Assembly: GCF_003918875.1 (NCBI RefSeq)
Contig: NW_025767127.1
Coordinates: forward strand, 62,001 to 126,000
DNA: 64,000 nt
Direction of reading: 5' to 3'
Source of the DNA: Haliotis rubra
Lineage: Eukaryota
Shown here one piece after another: positions 1-13,083 of this stretch (position 1 is its first letter; the number at the start of each line of letters is the position of its first letter). Made by a program: the position numbers and the translations under genes. The notes beneath the pieces are model-generated. The model did not search any database and had not been told where the DNA came from. It worked only from the letters and a program-made list of their open reading frames with translations.

Positions 1-1109
1 GTACGGTGCTGCCAAGCCTGATGTCGTGCAGAGGGCGGGGATGTGTCGGGACGGGGGTCATAAACAGCAGTTCGCGAACGTATCCTCATCTTCTGTGAAG
101 TAGCCCCTTTTCCAAATTCCTCCCATCCATATATCTCCTCGCAGCACTTAGAAGTGCAAGGAGGCAGTGACACCGCGTGACGTAACGTGACGTGACTACA
201 CAAGTGTCTACAATGGCGAGGTCTGGTAGATGTATCCTAGAAGGCACTGCACGTGCTTCCCATTCTCCATCTCTCTGTACTTCCAATTGCTTTGTTGCAG
301 CGTTTAACGAGAAACACACATTCAACTTCCAAAGAAAATGTCGCAAGTCTAACCCTGTATCATCACCGGTTACGTGATAAACTCTTATTCATCTAAGCGG
401 TTTGGTACATTTATTATGTTTATAGTTCAAACACTGACCCGATTTATCATCCTTCATCAACAGTTGAGGTTACAATGTAGTTGTTTCAAGGTGTTTATTT
501 ACAAATCACTGGTAACATCTTGCTGAGACACGTATACACCACACCTCTATCTTATTTACAAAAAGGATCGGGAATATTACATGAATATTACACAGCAGTG
601 ACATATAAATTGTTAATTGTTGTGTTTTCATGCTGGTCAGAAGCTGATGATTCGTTTTGTAAGAGGCCCGTAAATATGCGTGAGTGTTTTATTTAGGGGT
701 TCATGTAACTGGAGCCCATTTGAGATTTTCAACCGGGTAGGTTCCAACTCCAAAAGCAAAAGTGCCCTTTCACTGATCCACATCGAATACAGTATGTATC
801 CCACTTTTGATTATGAAGCCTCTTTGCGTCATATAAGGTAAACAGCTTTATGTTATTCGTTGTACTGCTTCTCCTCTACATCCCAAGATTTGAAACACAA
901 CGCCTGAAGATGACTAGTCCCAATCACAGGTTCCCAGTCATACACCCACAGGTTAGCAGGCCAACACACTCAATTTATCGGCCCTTCACCATATTACAAG
1001 TTACCATCCCCACACCCTCTGGATACCAGCCCCAAACTCCCGTGTTCCCAGTCGAACACCCACAGGCTACCAGGCCAACACACTCAAGTTACCGGCCACT
1101 CACAAACGC

Positions 1110-3170
1110 GTTACCATCGCCACATCCCCAGGTTACCAGCTCCACATCCCCAGGTTACCTGCCCCCCAATCCCGGGTTACCAGCTCCACATCCCCAGGTT
1201 ACCTGCCCCAAATCCCGGGTAACCAGCTCCACATCCCCAGGTTACCTGCCCCCAATCCCGGGTTACCAGCTCCACATCCCCAGGTTACCTGCCCCCAATC
1301 CCGGGTTACCAGCTCCACATCCCCAGGTTACCTGCCCCCAAATCCCGGGTAATCAGCTCCACATCCCCAGGTTACCTGCCCCCAATCCCGGGTTACCAGC
1401 TCCACATCCCCAGGTTACCTGCCCCCAATCCCGGGTTACCAGCTCCACATCCCCAGGTTACCTGCCCCAATCCCGGGTTACCAGCTCCACATCCCAGGTT
1501 ACCTGCCCCAAATCCCGAAGGGTAATCAGCTCCACATCCCCAGGTTACCTGCCCCAAAATCCCAGGTTACCATCTCCACATCCCAGGTTACCTGCCCCAA
1601 TCCCGGGTTACCAGCTCCACATCCCAGGTTACCTGCCCCCAAATCCCGGGTAATCAGCTCCACATCCCCAGGTTACCTGCCCCCAAATCCCGGGTTACCA
1701 GCTCCACATCCCCAGGTTACCTGCCCCAAATCCCGGGTTACCAGCTCCACATCCCCAGGTTACCTGCCCCAAATCCCGGGTTACCAGCTCCACATCCCAG
1801 GTTACCTGCCCCAAATCCCGGGTAATCAGCCCACATCCCAGGTTACCTGCCCCCAAATCCCAGGTTACCAGCTCCACATCCCCAGGTTACCTGCCCCCCC
1901 GGGTAATCAGCTCCACATCCCAGGTTACCTGCCCCAAATCCCGGGTTACCAGCTCCACATCCCAGGTTATGCCCCCAAATCCCGGGTTACCAGCTCCACA
2001 TCCCCAGGTTACCTGCCCCAATCCCGGGTTACCAGCTCCACATCCCCAGGTTACCTAGCCCCCAATCCCGGGTTACCAGCTCCACATCCCCAGGTTACCT
2101 GCCCCCAATCCCGGGTTACCAGCTCCACATCCCCAGGTTACCTGCCCCCAAATCCCGGGTTACCAGCTCCACATCCCCAGGTTACCTGCCCCCAATCCCG
2201 GGTTACCAGCTCCACATCCCCAGGTTACCTGCCCCCAATCCCGGGTTACCAGCTCCACATCCCCAGGTTACCTGCCCCAATCCCGGGTTACCAGCTCCAC
2301 ATCCCCAGGTTACCTGCCCCCAATCCCGGGTTACCAGCTCCACATCCCCAGGTTACCTGCCCCCAATCCCGGGTTACCAGCTCCACATCCCCAGGTTACC
2401 TGCCCCCAATCCCGGGTTACCAGCTCCACATCCCCAGGTTACCTGCCCCAAATCCGGGTAATCAGCATCCCAGGTTGCCTGCCCCAAAATCCCCAGGTTA
2501 CCCATCTCCCACATCCCCAGGTTACCTGCCCCCAATCCCGGGTTACCAGCTCCACATCCCAGGTTACCTGCCCCCAAATCCCGGGTTACCAGCTCCACAT
2601 CCCCAGGTTACCTGCCCCAAATCCCGGGTTACCAGCTCCACATCCCCAGGTTACCTGCCCCCAAATCCCGGCATCCCCAGGTTACCTGCCCCAAATCCTG
2701 GGTTACCAGCTCCACATCCCCAGGTTACCTGCCCCCAAATCCCGGGTTACCAGCTCCACATCCCCAGGTTACCTGCCCCCAATCCCAGGTTACCAGCTCC
2801 ACATCCCCAGGTTACCTGCCCCCAATCCCTGGTTACCAGCTCCACATCCCCAGGTTACCTGCCCCAAATCCCGGGTTACCAGCTCCACATCCCCAGGTTA
2901 CCTGCCCCCAAATCCCGGGTTACCAGCTCCACATCCCTAGGTTACCTGCCCCCCAATCCCGGGTTACCAGCTCCACATCCCCAGGTTACCTGCCCCCAAA
3001 TCCCGGGTTATCAGCTCCACATCCCCAGGTTACCTGCCCACAAATCCCGGGTTACCAGCTCCACATCCCCAGGTTACCTGCCCACAAATCCCGGGTTACC
3101 AGCTCCACATCCCCAGGTTACCTGCCCACAAATCCCGGGTTACCAGCTCCACATCCCCAGGTTACCGGCC
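1110..3170. repeat. GC-rich minisatellite, ~42-44-bp unit made of two ~21-bp subunits
   Basis: Repeat of (ccagctccacatccccaggtta cctgcccccaatcccgggtta)n over ~2 kb. Degenerate ~21-bp copies flank it at ~910-1110 and ~3170-3345. Confidence 0.97.
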
Positions 3171-6100
3171 TAACACACAATGGTAACCGACCCCGCACAT
3201 CCACGTTATCAGCCCCACGCCTCCAAGTTACCAGCCCCACATAACCAGGTTACCATCACCAAACCCCCAGATTACCAGCCCCATACACAAAGGAGACCGA
3301 CCCCACCCTCGGGTTCCCAGCCCCACATCCCCAGGTTCCCAGGCCCGAATCTCCTTGACTGCAACACCGTGTGGTACAACCAAGATGTCAAACACTCACG
3401 AGAGGCAATAAATGTGGAGAGCTGTAAAACACGGGCTTGTAGTCATTACCGCGTGCTCATATCATTCCCAGACAGGTGACATGTATATCGACATCTACAT
3501 GACAGGTGCTTCACGTGCAGCACGAGGTGAGACACGGCGGGCACCGGCTGGATCTGCAGCCGCCTCATAGCGCTTATCTCACTGTTCGTTTAACAAAAAT
3601 TAATTCTCAAATGTGATTCTCAAATATAATTACATATCCACATCATTTTAACACTAGGATTCAAAGTATAACAGAACCGCATTATAAAAACATACAATAT
3701 GTTTAAATGAACATACAAATGCATATACAAACCAGGATACACCATAGCGAAAAAGCCACCGACTTTATATACATATGTTTATCATATTTTGCTTCGCATA
3801 AATTCACACAATATAAAAATGTACAGTAGTTTACTAAGAAGTTCATGCACCTAAACGTTATGATCCTTATAATAAACAAGGTGACATCCATAAAACCTCT
3901 CTGCCTTATTTTCATACAGTATTTTAGGAGTATTTTTATTATTGCTTTTAAATTCATAATATTGACATGTGAATTTTACACGTAGGTATGAGATGATTTT
4001 TTTTTTAATAACCGGATGAATTCATTCACATTCATTAAAGTAGCAAGTGGAAAGTTACATATTGTTGAAAGTCTATAAACATTAGTTGCATAAACAATAT
4101 AAACTATATATACCTAAAACCTGAATAGCACTAAGCCTGTTCAAATACATTTCCGATGCAAATATTATGATAACGGTGAAAGTAGAGCAATAAATCGGAT
4201 AAATCCATGAAAAACATAATCATGCATATCAATATACATTCTATCATTTGATATAATTAAATGATACCTTCCTAATTGTATTATGTCTTCCAAAATCATA
4301 CATTCAGTGTAATTGTGAAGCATTCAGTGAAGATGGAGTGAATCAATAAATTAATGGATCTGACATGTTATACTCGTCCAAAATACAGTGGAGATCCATG
4401 CTAAAAATAGAGGTGCATTACTCATGAAAAACCTATACACTGTGTTTCGTCTATGTCACACTTTACAACCTATCGATGGCTGAACATTTCCAGGGAACTC
4501 CGCCATGTTGATAGTGTAATTCAAATGCTTCCGGAGATGTGTATTTCAGGTGAACAACTGACTTCCCTTTACATGTACTTAATGTTCTATTGAGCTTGTT
4601 GACCAATCCAGTTCATGAAAATTCTGTCGTTGCTTTTTCATGAAAAAGATATGTTTAAACCACATGTATTTAAACTGTGAGCAGGTTACGCTCACCCTTT
4701 CGCGAACACCTGATGCCGTCACTATTTGATAGTGATTCATAAATACATGCTCTGTCATCGTGTCTCATGATGTCAGTCACTGGGTTGTCTGGTCCAGATT
4801 TGATTATGTACAGACCGCTGTCATACAGCTGTAATATTGCTGAGGATGGTGTTAATCATACAAGCATACACATTATACAGTCGGAATTGTACAATCGACT
4901 CTGGTCCAAGCAGAGCTCCGTTAATGTGGAAAAGAGTTTTGTCGCTATTTCATTATGTATTTAGGTGTTCTGGATTTCTCTGTCATCGAACTCTGACACA
5001 AACAAATATCTTAAGTTTCCAAACCTGTTTTAGTTTAAGAAACTACAAAATACTAGTGTGATAGATATAAAATCAATTTCAAAATTCCTTAATCGTGTGT
5101 GTAAGAATTATTAGTATCTAAAATCCTAATTTCATTATTCTTGTTAAATGCTGTTACATCTTGCACAGATATAACATTATGTCTAATCGTGGTTAGGTGT
5201 TTATTATAGAATTAATGAATTGGACTGGATCGAAAGGTATTTCAGAGTCAGAAACGATGGAATTGCATATTTGAAACTCTGGTTTATTTATTTAGGTTTT
5301 CTTATATTCTAAAAGAAATAATGTATATGCATTTGTTGAAATCCACGTTAATTCCGGTATCACTGAGTTATAGTATTGTTAATTCAATTAATTCAATTAA
5401 AATGTTTAAAATTCATTCTAAAATGTCAAATATCCTTCTATGTTTTTGCATCCACAGAACAAACCGCTATCTGGCATTATTGTTTTGTTTGTCACAGGTA
5501 AATTATTAAATTCATCAGTCACCGTTATCACACTCGCTGAGCCATCATGTCTGTCGGGACATAAACATGATATATATGACACTAGACAACCGACATGACA
5601 CTTGTACATGTGTACATGACCACTCATGACACTAAATGAACATCGACAACTGATGATGTCGCGGCACCGTCCGCAGCCTCGTCCGATCAAACACCGAGAA
5701 ACACCGTCAACAAACACTGAACCAATCCATCCATAACGGGCAATAAAACCCCACTTAGTCTCTGATCCAATCCCACCTGTAATCAAGGAACAATACCTGG
5801 CGTCCCACATCGTCACAGTCCACAGGTCGCCAGGTGACCGCGAGTTGCCCAGGTGTGACGTAATCAGTGCAACTCATGTATGACGGAGCCGCGTTATGAC
5901 ATCAACATACTGTTGTGAAATGGCGATGAAAAGTCACAACTGTCTTGTTGCTTGTCTGTCTGTCCGACTGTCTTACCAGGCGAATACTCGGAAACCGTAC
6001 TTAATGTTAATCCTGTCTAGAACGTGATATGACATGTAGTAATCGCTGTCTTAATCTTGTTAAACATAAAACAACAAGTTTATTAGGGGATAAAAGTGCA

Positions 6101-6879
6101 ATTATTGTGTCAAATGGTGTATAGGTAACCTTGTCAGCAGCATGTTTAAAAAAACTTAATTAAAGACACAGCTTATTATCAGAAACCATAGTTACAATTA
6201 TCAGGAAATTATTAATATTTCAAAGCAAATGTTCAAATATATTTTTTTTAATGTATCTTTGTACTTTTAATTGAAAATATTCACAAATATGCTAATAGAG
6301 GCTAAATGATACGAGACTAGTTCATCGATGTTAGTATGTCAACACCAAACACGATTTGTCATTTGGTTGTTCGAATGTAATGAGATAGTATATAATAAAC
6401 TACTTAAATTACCCTTTGTATGCTCAGTGAGGTATACGGTATATTAGGCTACCGGCACAATAATTATATAAACATGCCCTGAACACTATCTAGTATTACA
6501 CATATCACTGACACACAAACGAACTGGTTTAAACATATTTATAATTCATAAATTCCATCATGATTGGTAAACAAAAGAGTGTTTACATGGATGCCACTGT
6601 GGAAAAATACCTTCCATCTGGTGAATAAATATAAATACGTAAATCCAGAATTGAGGTGGGTAGGCTGGTCCAGTCTTGGCTAAAGGAATGCAGTACAACA
6701 ATATCAGTGTTTTATCTCAAATTTATATTGTGATAACTATGCAAACGTTGGCTTTTAGCGATGAAATCTTTGATCGATTTCAGAATTTCAACGATTCAGA
6801 CATTAGTAAAGAGAAATTACTTCGAAACGAATCAGCGTATTCTTACATTTTATATCCTAAGGTTGGTTTAAAGTATATT

Positions 6880-7470
6880 TGTATTTCCGTAAATTACCCC
6901 GTAAATACAATCAGTATAAGCTCGGCTGTAGTGATCTAAACGCAGACAGATATAATCGACATATATCGGACACACCCAGGTGTCCATGTGGTTATTATAA
7001 CGAAGACGTTATACACTACCTTTTTACATGTCGGAACTATCAAAATTTAAGAACAACTGTGTATTTTTACATTCAAGGATACGATGTTAAAACTACTTTA
7101 TACGGTAACGGCGCATTGGATAACTCAACTAATAGTGACATTCTTAACTCATTACACCAGTTCAGTTCTATAAGTAACCGCTTCCAGTGATTATCCTCTC
7201 AACATATATATTCAGTGTAACACAAATTTTATATAACGTGATTTTCTGCGGTAGCCCATTTCGTTGCTAGGCATAACGAACACCACAACGAACATATTTG
7301 TTACTCAATCATATATATGTTATTGTATTATTCCTTTGTTGTCAAATTATTTCATTTATGTATCCAGTTATTTGAACAATGTACTGGAGCGGCGTTTATA
7401 TAAGCCACTAGGCTTGTTCGCCTTTCCAGGTTTCTGCTTTTTGCGAAATAAAACTATGTTTAAACCAATC
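6880..7470 (+). mobile_element. 5'-truncated LINE 3' end (C-terminal zinc-knuckle region + 3' UTR)
   Basis: Encodes KLGCSDLNADRYNRHISDTPRCPCGYYNEDVIHYLFTCRNY, a CxC...HxxxxC knuckle typical of LINE ORF2 ends. The tail ends ...tgtttaaaccaa; a similar tail lies at ~10320-10408. Confidence 0.75.
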
Positions 7471-9785
7471 AGTATGTTTGTCTTACAATTTTTCTTCTTT
7501 ACCGATCCTCGTTTCCTCAGAAATACAAATACGTTTAAACCATATTTGCACTCAAAAATGAACATAGTCAAGGCAGCAAGAACAGATAATACGAGTAGAT
7601 GTGACGGGGCGTGTCGTGAACTTTATCCACGGGCCGGCTCAATACTCATATACTACCTTATCACAGATATCGAAATATTGTAACCCTACAAATGAAACCA
7701 AACCTTTTTATTTTTAAGTATGATTTCATATTCATTGTGAGACTTCTGTCGTCTCCATTTGCATATGCTGTTACTCACATTGTTCATTACAAACACCACG
7801 GTAAAATATGCATTATGTGTCATCAATTCAAAACACCTGCAAATAGTTGGTGTTGTTTGTTGAATTCAATGTTTTATGTAATTATACTTCTGAAGTGTGA
7901 CTAGAAAACATTATACTCTGCGAAACGTGGCACCTTAATGAACATTGTGTATCACTGAATGTAAGTGTCCCGAGCTTACAATGAATAAAGAAATCTTTTC
8001 TATATCCATAAAAAGTATCTGAAAAAAGCATTGTAAATAATTCTTATAATTACTTATCACTGTAAATATATACAAATACTGCAGTAAAAGAGGTTTGGCA
8101 AATATTATGATAAAATTATAAAAAGTGACCTCAGTATTTTTATATGAACAATATATATTTCGTACAGTTCTTATATTTTAATGAGTCAATTAATTTAGAA
8201 CTAAACATATTTCGTTTTAACAAGTAACGAAAGTGATAACAATTGTAATGTTAGTGCATTATTTAAACCATAGTGTGCAGAGTAGCAAGATTGTATCATT
8301 TCACTATACTGTAAATATGAAACAGTCAAAATTACCTTGCATATACAAGCTAAATTTGCATTCTAAAACGAATTCACGACCAGAAGGCTAATTTCGAAAG
8401 AGATATGGTAGGTTTAACGTTGTTTTAAATATCAATATAATAAAAGACACTGAAGAATTTATTTATAGGCAGTTGTTATTCTGTTTTGGGTGTAAAAGAC
8501 GTTTTAAAAAGAATCACAATTTGCATCCACACATGTTTTGTATGCCCATGTCATATATAATACTTCCTTATTTTCAAGATATATTTTGTATGTTTATTCA
8601 GTGCATCTTTCAAACAAATAGTGTCAGATATTTGGCATTCATTTCCTCACAAATAAATTCAAAAAGCAAATATCAGTAAATAAAACAAGAATGGCTAGCC
8701 GCGCCATCAATCTAACACAGTGAATGGCTGACAGAGAAGAAGCCTGAACACAGTGGTGTTGTATCACAATACTGGCACACGGGTTCTCTGTCAGACAGTC
8801 GGTCACCTGTACGTACCATAGGTCCAGTCCCGACGGAATATGCCTGTTTAGAATATACGGCGTCCGTCAGGCTTCATTACATGTCTTATAAAAAACACGC
8901 TATTAAACGTTTAATGAACTGGAAGCATCAGGCGAGGAGATCGTAAACTATTTACATAAATATGTACATATGTCAGTTAATTTGCGATAAGAAAGAATTG
9001 AAGAATTTGAATGACAAACATTTCTTCCATAATACATAGCGTAGTGAACACTACTTTGAATGTCTCAGTATTTAAATATATATTTCAATTTTATGTATAA
9101 TTTTTATTGTTTTGTTTTTAAAAACAATTTTACAGACTTTTAACAGACAGACAGACAGATATTTTATTTCAGTCTCACCTCACATAAAATTCTCACCTCA
9201 CATAAAATACATATATAAATATAATTATAAAATATAGCATATAAGTGAGCCACCCTTTAAGGGTTATGAGAGACTAATGTATTGATACATTATAAATACT
9301 AAATAATAAATAATTATATAGGTACATACAGTGTAAAATCTATCCGTATAAAATATGTTTTCTTCTTTGCAAGATATAAAAGCAGATTTTGGCACTGAAA
9401 TATACATGGTGTTTAAAAAGTAAAACTAATTAACATTTCGTCATTTTCGTTTTCATTTGCTAGGAACAAAAGTTTGTATAACAGGACAATTTGAACGCTT
9501 GGGCTGTGCTGAGTGCGGGAAGTTTCCCATGCAGCAATACAAATAGCATGAAAATCGAAACCCAGTCACCAGACAATAAAGGTTAATATTTCGCATTTAA
9601 AGTTTTGAAAACTACATAAAAATACTTACTAAAAAACAACAAAATGTTTTATAAAAATGTTGCAATAAGCCTTCCAAGTAGGTAATTCAGAACAGATTTT
9701 TCTAACCTCATGTCCATTTATTCAGATATCAGATCTACGTTATGGCTCAAAGCCAATGAAATTACCCCACAATTTCTTAATCTGT

Positions 9786-11490
9786 CCTCAACAGAACAAA
9801 CTATATTTCTTATGCAGTATCCTCAGTTCTCCACACCACTTGCCGCTACATTTAGGCTCAGAAAAACTACTTTTATAATGTAATAATTTAAACAAATATC
9901 CGTGTCTATTGTACTTATACCTCTCTTATGTGATATATTTTAATTATATTTAGCGCTTTCGCGCTCTTAAAGACTTTTTATTGTAATTTAGTGTCTCTTA
10001 TGCCATTTCTGGTCGGACAACGTCCTGTGAATATGTCTAATTTTTAATCTATTGAGAATGTACGTTGTGTGACACATAAATAAATAAAAAATCTTCTTCT
10101 TCTTCTTTGACCTTAATTGTTTTGTTTATTCACAAGCATCGTGGTAATTGTTCAAATGAACGTAAGGGGAAACCGTTCTTCCAAAGTTTCTGTAGTTCAA
10201 AGCAGTATGTATGTGTATCAATGTCCACAGTCATATATAACAGCTTTATGTATATTTTGTCATTGTAGTTGTAAATATAGTTGATCTATTTTTGAAGGAT
10301 ATATCACTTTCCCAGTAATTGATACTAGGGAGCGGCATTGATGTAAGCATGTTTTATGCTTGTTTGCCAATCCCGTCATGATCAAATGAATAAATACGTT
10401 TAAACCAATTGATAAATATCGTTTTCTTATCTGATGATATCGATATCCTGTATCCTCAAACTTATTATTTATTCAAACACAATACACATGTTTTCGTTCT
10501 GACATGCTGGAAGAAACGATCACCGTTGTTTACAAAAACACCTTCATTTCCTTGACCGTTTTATGACCACTTGAATGTTTGTTGTATCACAGCTCTATGA
10601 CAGGTGTTAAAACAACACGATCGCGGGAGTTTATTGTCTAACTATTCTACCTGATCACCTCTATCCGATGCAATCATCTGACCAGGTAATCTTGTTAACG
10701 TTTAATGCCGTTGATTGACAGGTACAGATTGCAGACGGTCGAGAGGAAATCGGCGACAGATAAAATTTCAATGTTTGTCGAGACGCGGTAGAGATTCAAA
10801 TAGTTATTCAAATACACTTAGTATATCCATTCTAAGACAACGATCTACTATTAAATATACAAAAAAACACGAACTGGGTTTATTTTATATATCTAAACAC
10901 CCCCAGGCATTACGTTGACATTTTAGTCAAATTGTGTCACTGCATTCCTCTGGCTCGGATACCACTATCTTTAGCTTACGGTTTCAGAAAATAAATTAAG
11001 CATTTTGAATTAATGTTTAACATTCAAATCTTTATAATGAATCACCAGACAAAATCTGTGCTGCGGTAGTTATATAATTCATTTTTTAACTCCAATTTGA
11101 ATTTAGAATGTTTAAACTGGTCATGTGACTGTATACCATGCCCGGTCTGAAACTATACAAATATGGCTCCTCAACAGAACAAACTATATTTCTTATGCAG
11201 TATCCTCAGCTCTCCACACCACTTGCCGCTACATTGAGCGCTATGTTCAGGCGCAGAAAAACTACTTTTATAATGTAATAATTTAAACAAATACCCGTGA
11301 TTATTGTACTTATACCTCTCTTATGTGATATATTTAAATTATATTTAGCGCTTTCGCGCTCTTAAAGACTTTTTATTGTAATTTAGTGTATCTTAGGCCA
11401 TTTCTGGTCGGACAATGTACTGTGAATATGTGTAATTTTTAATCTATTGAGAATGTACATTGAGTGACACCTAAATTTAAAAAGTCTTCT

Positions 11491-11522
<32 letters not shown>

Positions 11523-11762
11523 TTCTTCTTCTTCTTCGACCTCAATTGTTTTGTTTATTCACAAGCATCGTGGTAATTGTTCAAATGAACGTAAGGGGAA
11601 ACCGTTCTTCCAAAGTTTCTGAGACGCGGTAGAGATTCAAATAGTTATTCAAATACACACAGTATATTCATTCTAAGACAACGATCTACTATTAAATATA
11701 CAACGAAAACACGAACTGGGTTTAATTTACACAATGTCCGGTCTGAAACTATACAAATATGT
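9786..11762 (+). repeat. Local tandem duplication (~1.38-kb unit) whose second copy has two internal deletions
   Basis: 11168-11621 matches 9786-10192, 11621-11725 matches 10780-10885, and 11733-11762 matches ~11137-11166. Confidence 0.9.
11485..11537. repeat. (CTT)n microsatellite
   Basis: Directly visible; expanded relative to the paralogous copy at ~10093-10107. Confidence 0.95.
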
Positions 11763-11909
11763 TACAAGGATTACAAAAATTTAGATTAAAGATCAGGTCA
11801 TTCATATTCCAAAAAGTTTAAACTAATGCAAGGCTATAAATCCCTGATATATACTGACCCTTGCCTATTAGCAAGGTGGGATACTTTATGGATGACAACC
11901 TATTTATTA

Positions 11910-12537
11910 GATTGTAGGAAAAAGGTCCTCGGAAAAAAAGTTCTCGGTAAAAAAGTACCGGGAAAAAGATACTCCGGAAAAAAAGTCCTATTGCAATAAA
12001 AACCTATTTAATCATAAATTTTGATGTCAATGACTTTAGAAAAGACATACGGGTCATTAAATAGATAAATTGATCTTTTATCGTTTGTTTTTGTTCACTG
12101 ATTATGCTGTGATTTTAGTTGATTACATTGTAAGAAGGTTTCAGTTTATGTAAGGTATGAATATGTATCCCAGTACAACATCAGTAACGATTCCACCATG
12201 GAAGTTATTCAGACCAACAAGGGTGGTTTGAAGCTAGTCTTGGATGGGTTTATGTACACCAAACACGCAAGTCGAAAAGCCAGGATTATTTGGAAATGTA
12301 GTCGTAAGTCCAGTATGAACTGCTAGGGCCAACTGTTGACGAACATTGAAAATAGAATTCCAGAGCTGAGCAAACTCTCCTGATGATACATAAAAAGTCA
12401 ATAAACGCTATGAAAAACCATGAAACACTAACAAATATTTTTTATTCGAAAATGGATTTTTTTCCGGAGAACTTTTTTCTTAGGTATATTTAGGACTTTT
12501 TTTCCGGTACTTTTTTCAGAAGACTTTTCCGCAAACC
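11910..12537 (+). mobile_element. Non-autonomous Mutator-like element with FLYWCH relic
   Basis: Ends are built of inverted arrays of ggaaaaaaagt(c/t)c. The internal 12198-12356 segment encodes MEVIQTNKGGLKLVLDGFMYTKHASRKARIIWKCSRKSSMNC*GQL, a FLYWCH pattern with a stop codon. Confidence 0.75.
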
Positions 12538-12939
12538 TTTTATTATAGAATGACACGACTTTTCGGTATAGACTAACATATTTACTCTTGTTTCAACAAT
12601 CAATTTTTACTCTGATGAACCAGGACCAAATCATGTTCGGCCCGTGTGCGAAATACGCATTTTGTCTCCAAATAATAATAATAATCATCACTACCCTGTT
12701 CTACCGTGGTAGTTGTAGTTGCAGTTTCAGCAGCAGGGGTAAAAGAAACTACAGAAAATGAAAAGCAAAAGAAAATCTTTTCATAAGCTACCATTAATCG
12801 TCACATGTTGTAAGAGTAAGATTAAACTTGAATAAAGCGATTAAAAACTATGTTGATGAAATACACTTTAAACCCAAATAGAGAGAGAGGGTGGCGACAT
12901 GTGTAAATGGTTTACTTCTTACACTGTTTTATTAGATGA

Positions 12940-13083
12940 AGGGCGGCAGGGTAGCCTAGTGGTTAAAGCGTTCTCGTTCGATTCCCAACATCGGTATATG
13001 GTGTGAAGCCCATTTCTAGTGCAGCCCGCCGTGATATTGCTGGAGTATTGCTAAAAGTGGTGTAAAACCCAACTCACCCACTC
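12940..13083 (+). mobile_element. tRNA-derived SINE family B
   Basis: A box gtagcctagtggttaaagc, B box gttcgattcc, tail ggagtattgctaaaagtggtgtaaaacc..actcac. Confidence 0.85.

Noticed and set aside
850-3479. Pro-rich ORFs (267, 232 and 99 aa) as a mucin/extensin-like protein
   Set aside because: These are translations of a minisatellite whose unit length varies by single bases, so all frames cycle and frame is not maintained.
12940-13083. tRNA genes (this and other A/B-box hits)
   Set aside because: The heads continue into shared SINE bodies and tails, several have TSDs, and no intact cloverleaf is evident.
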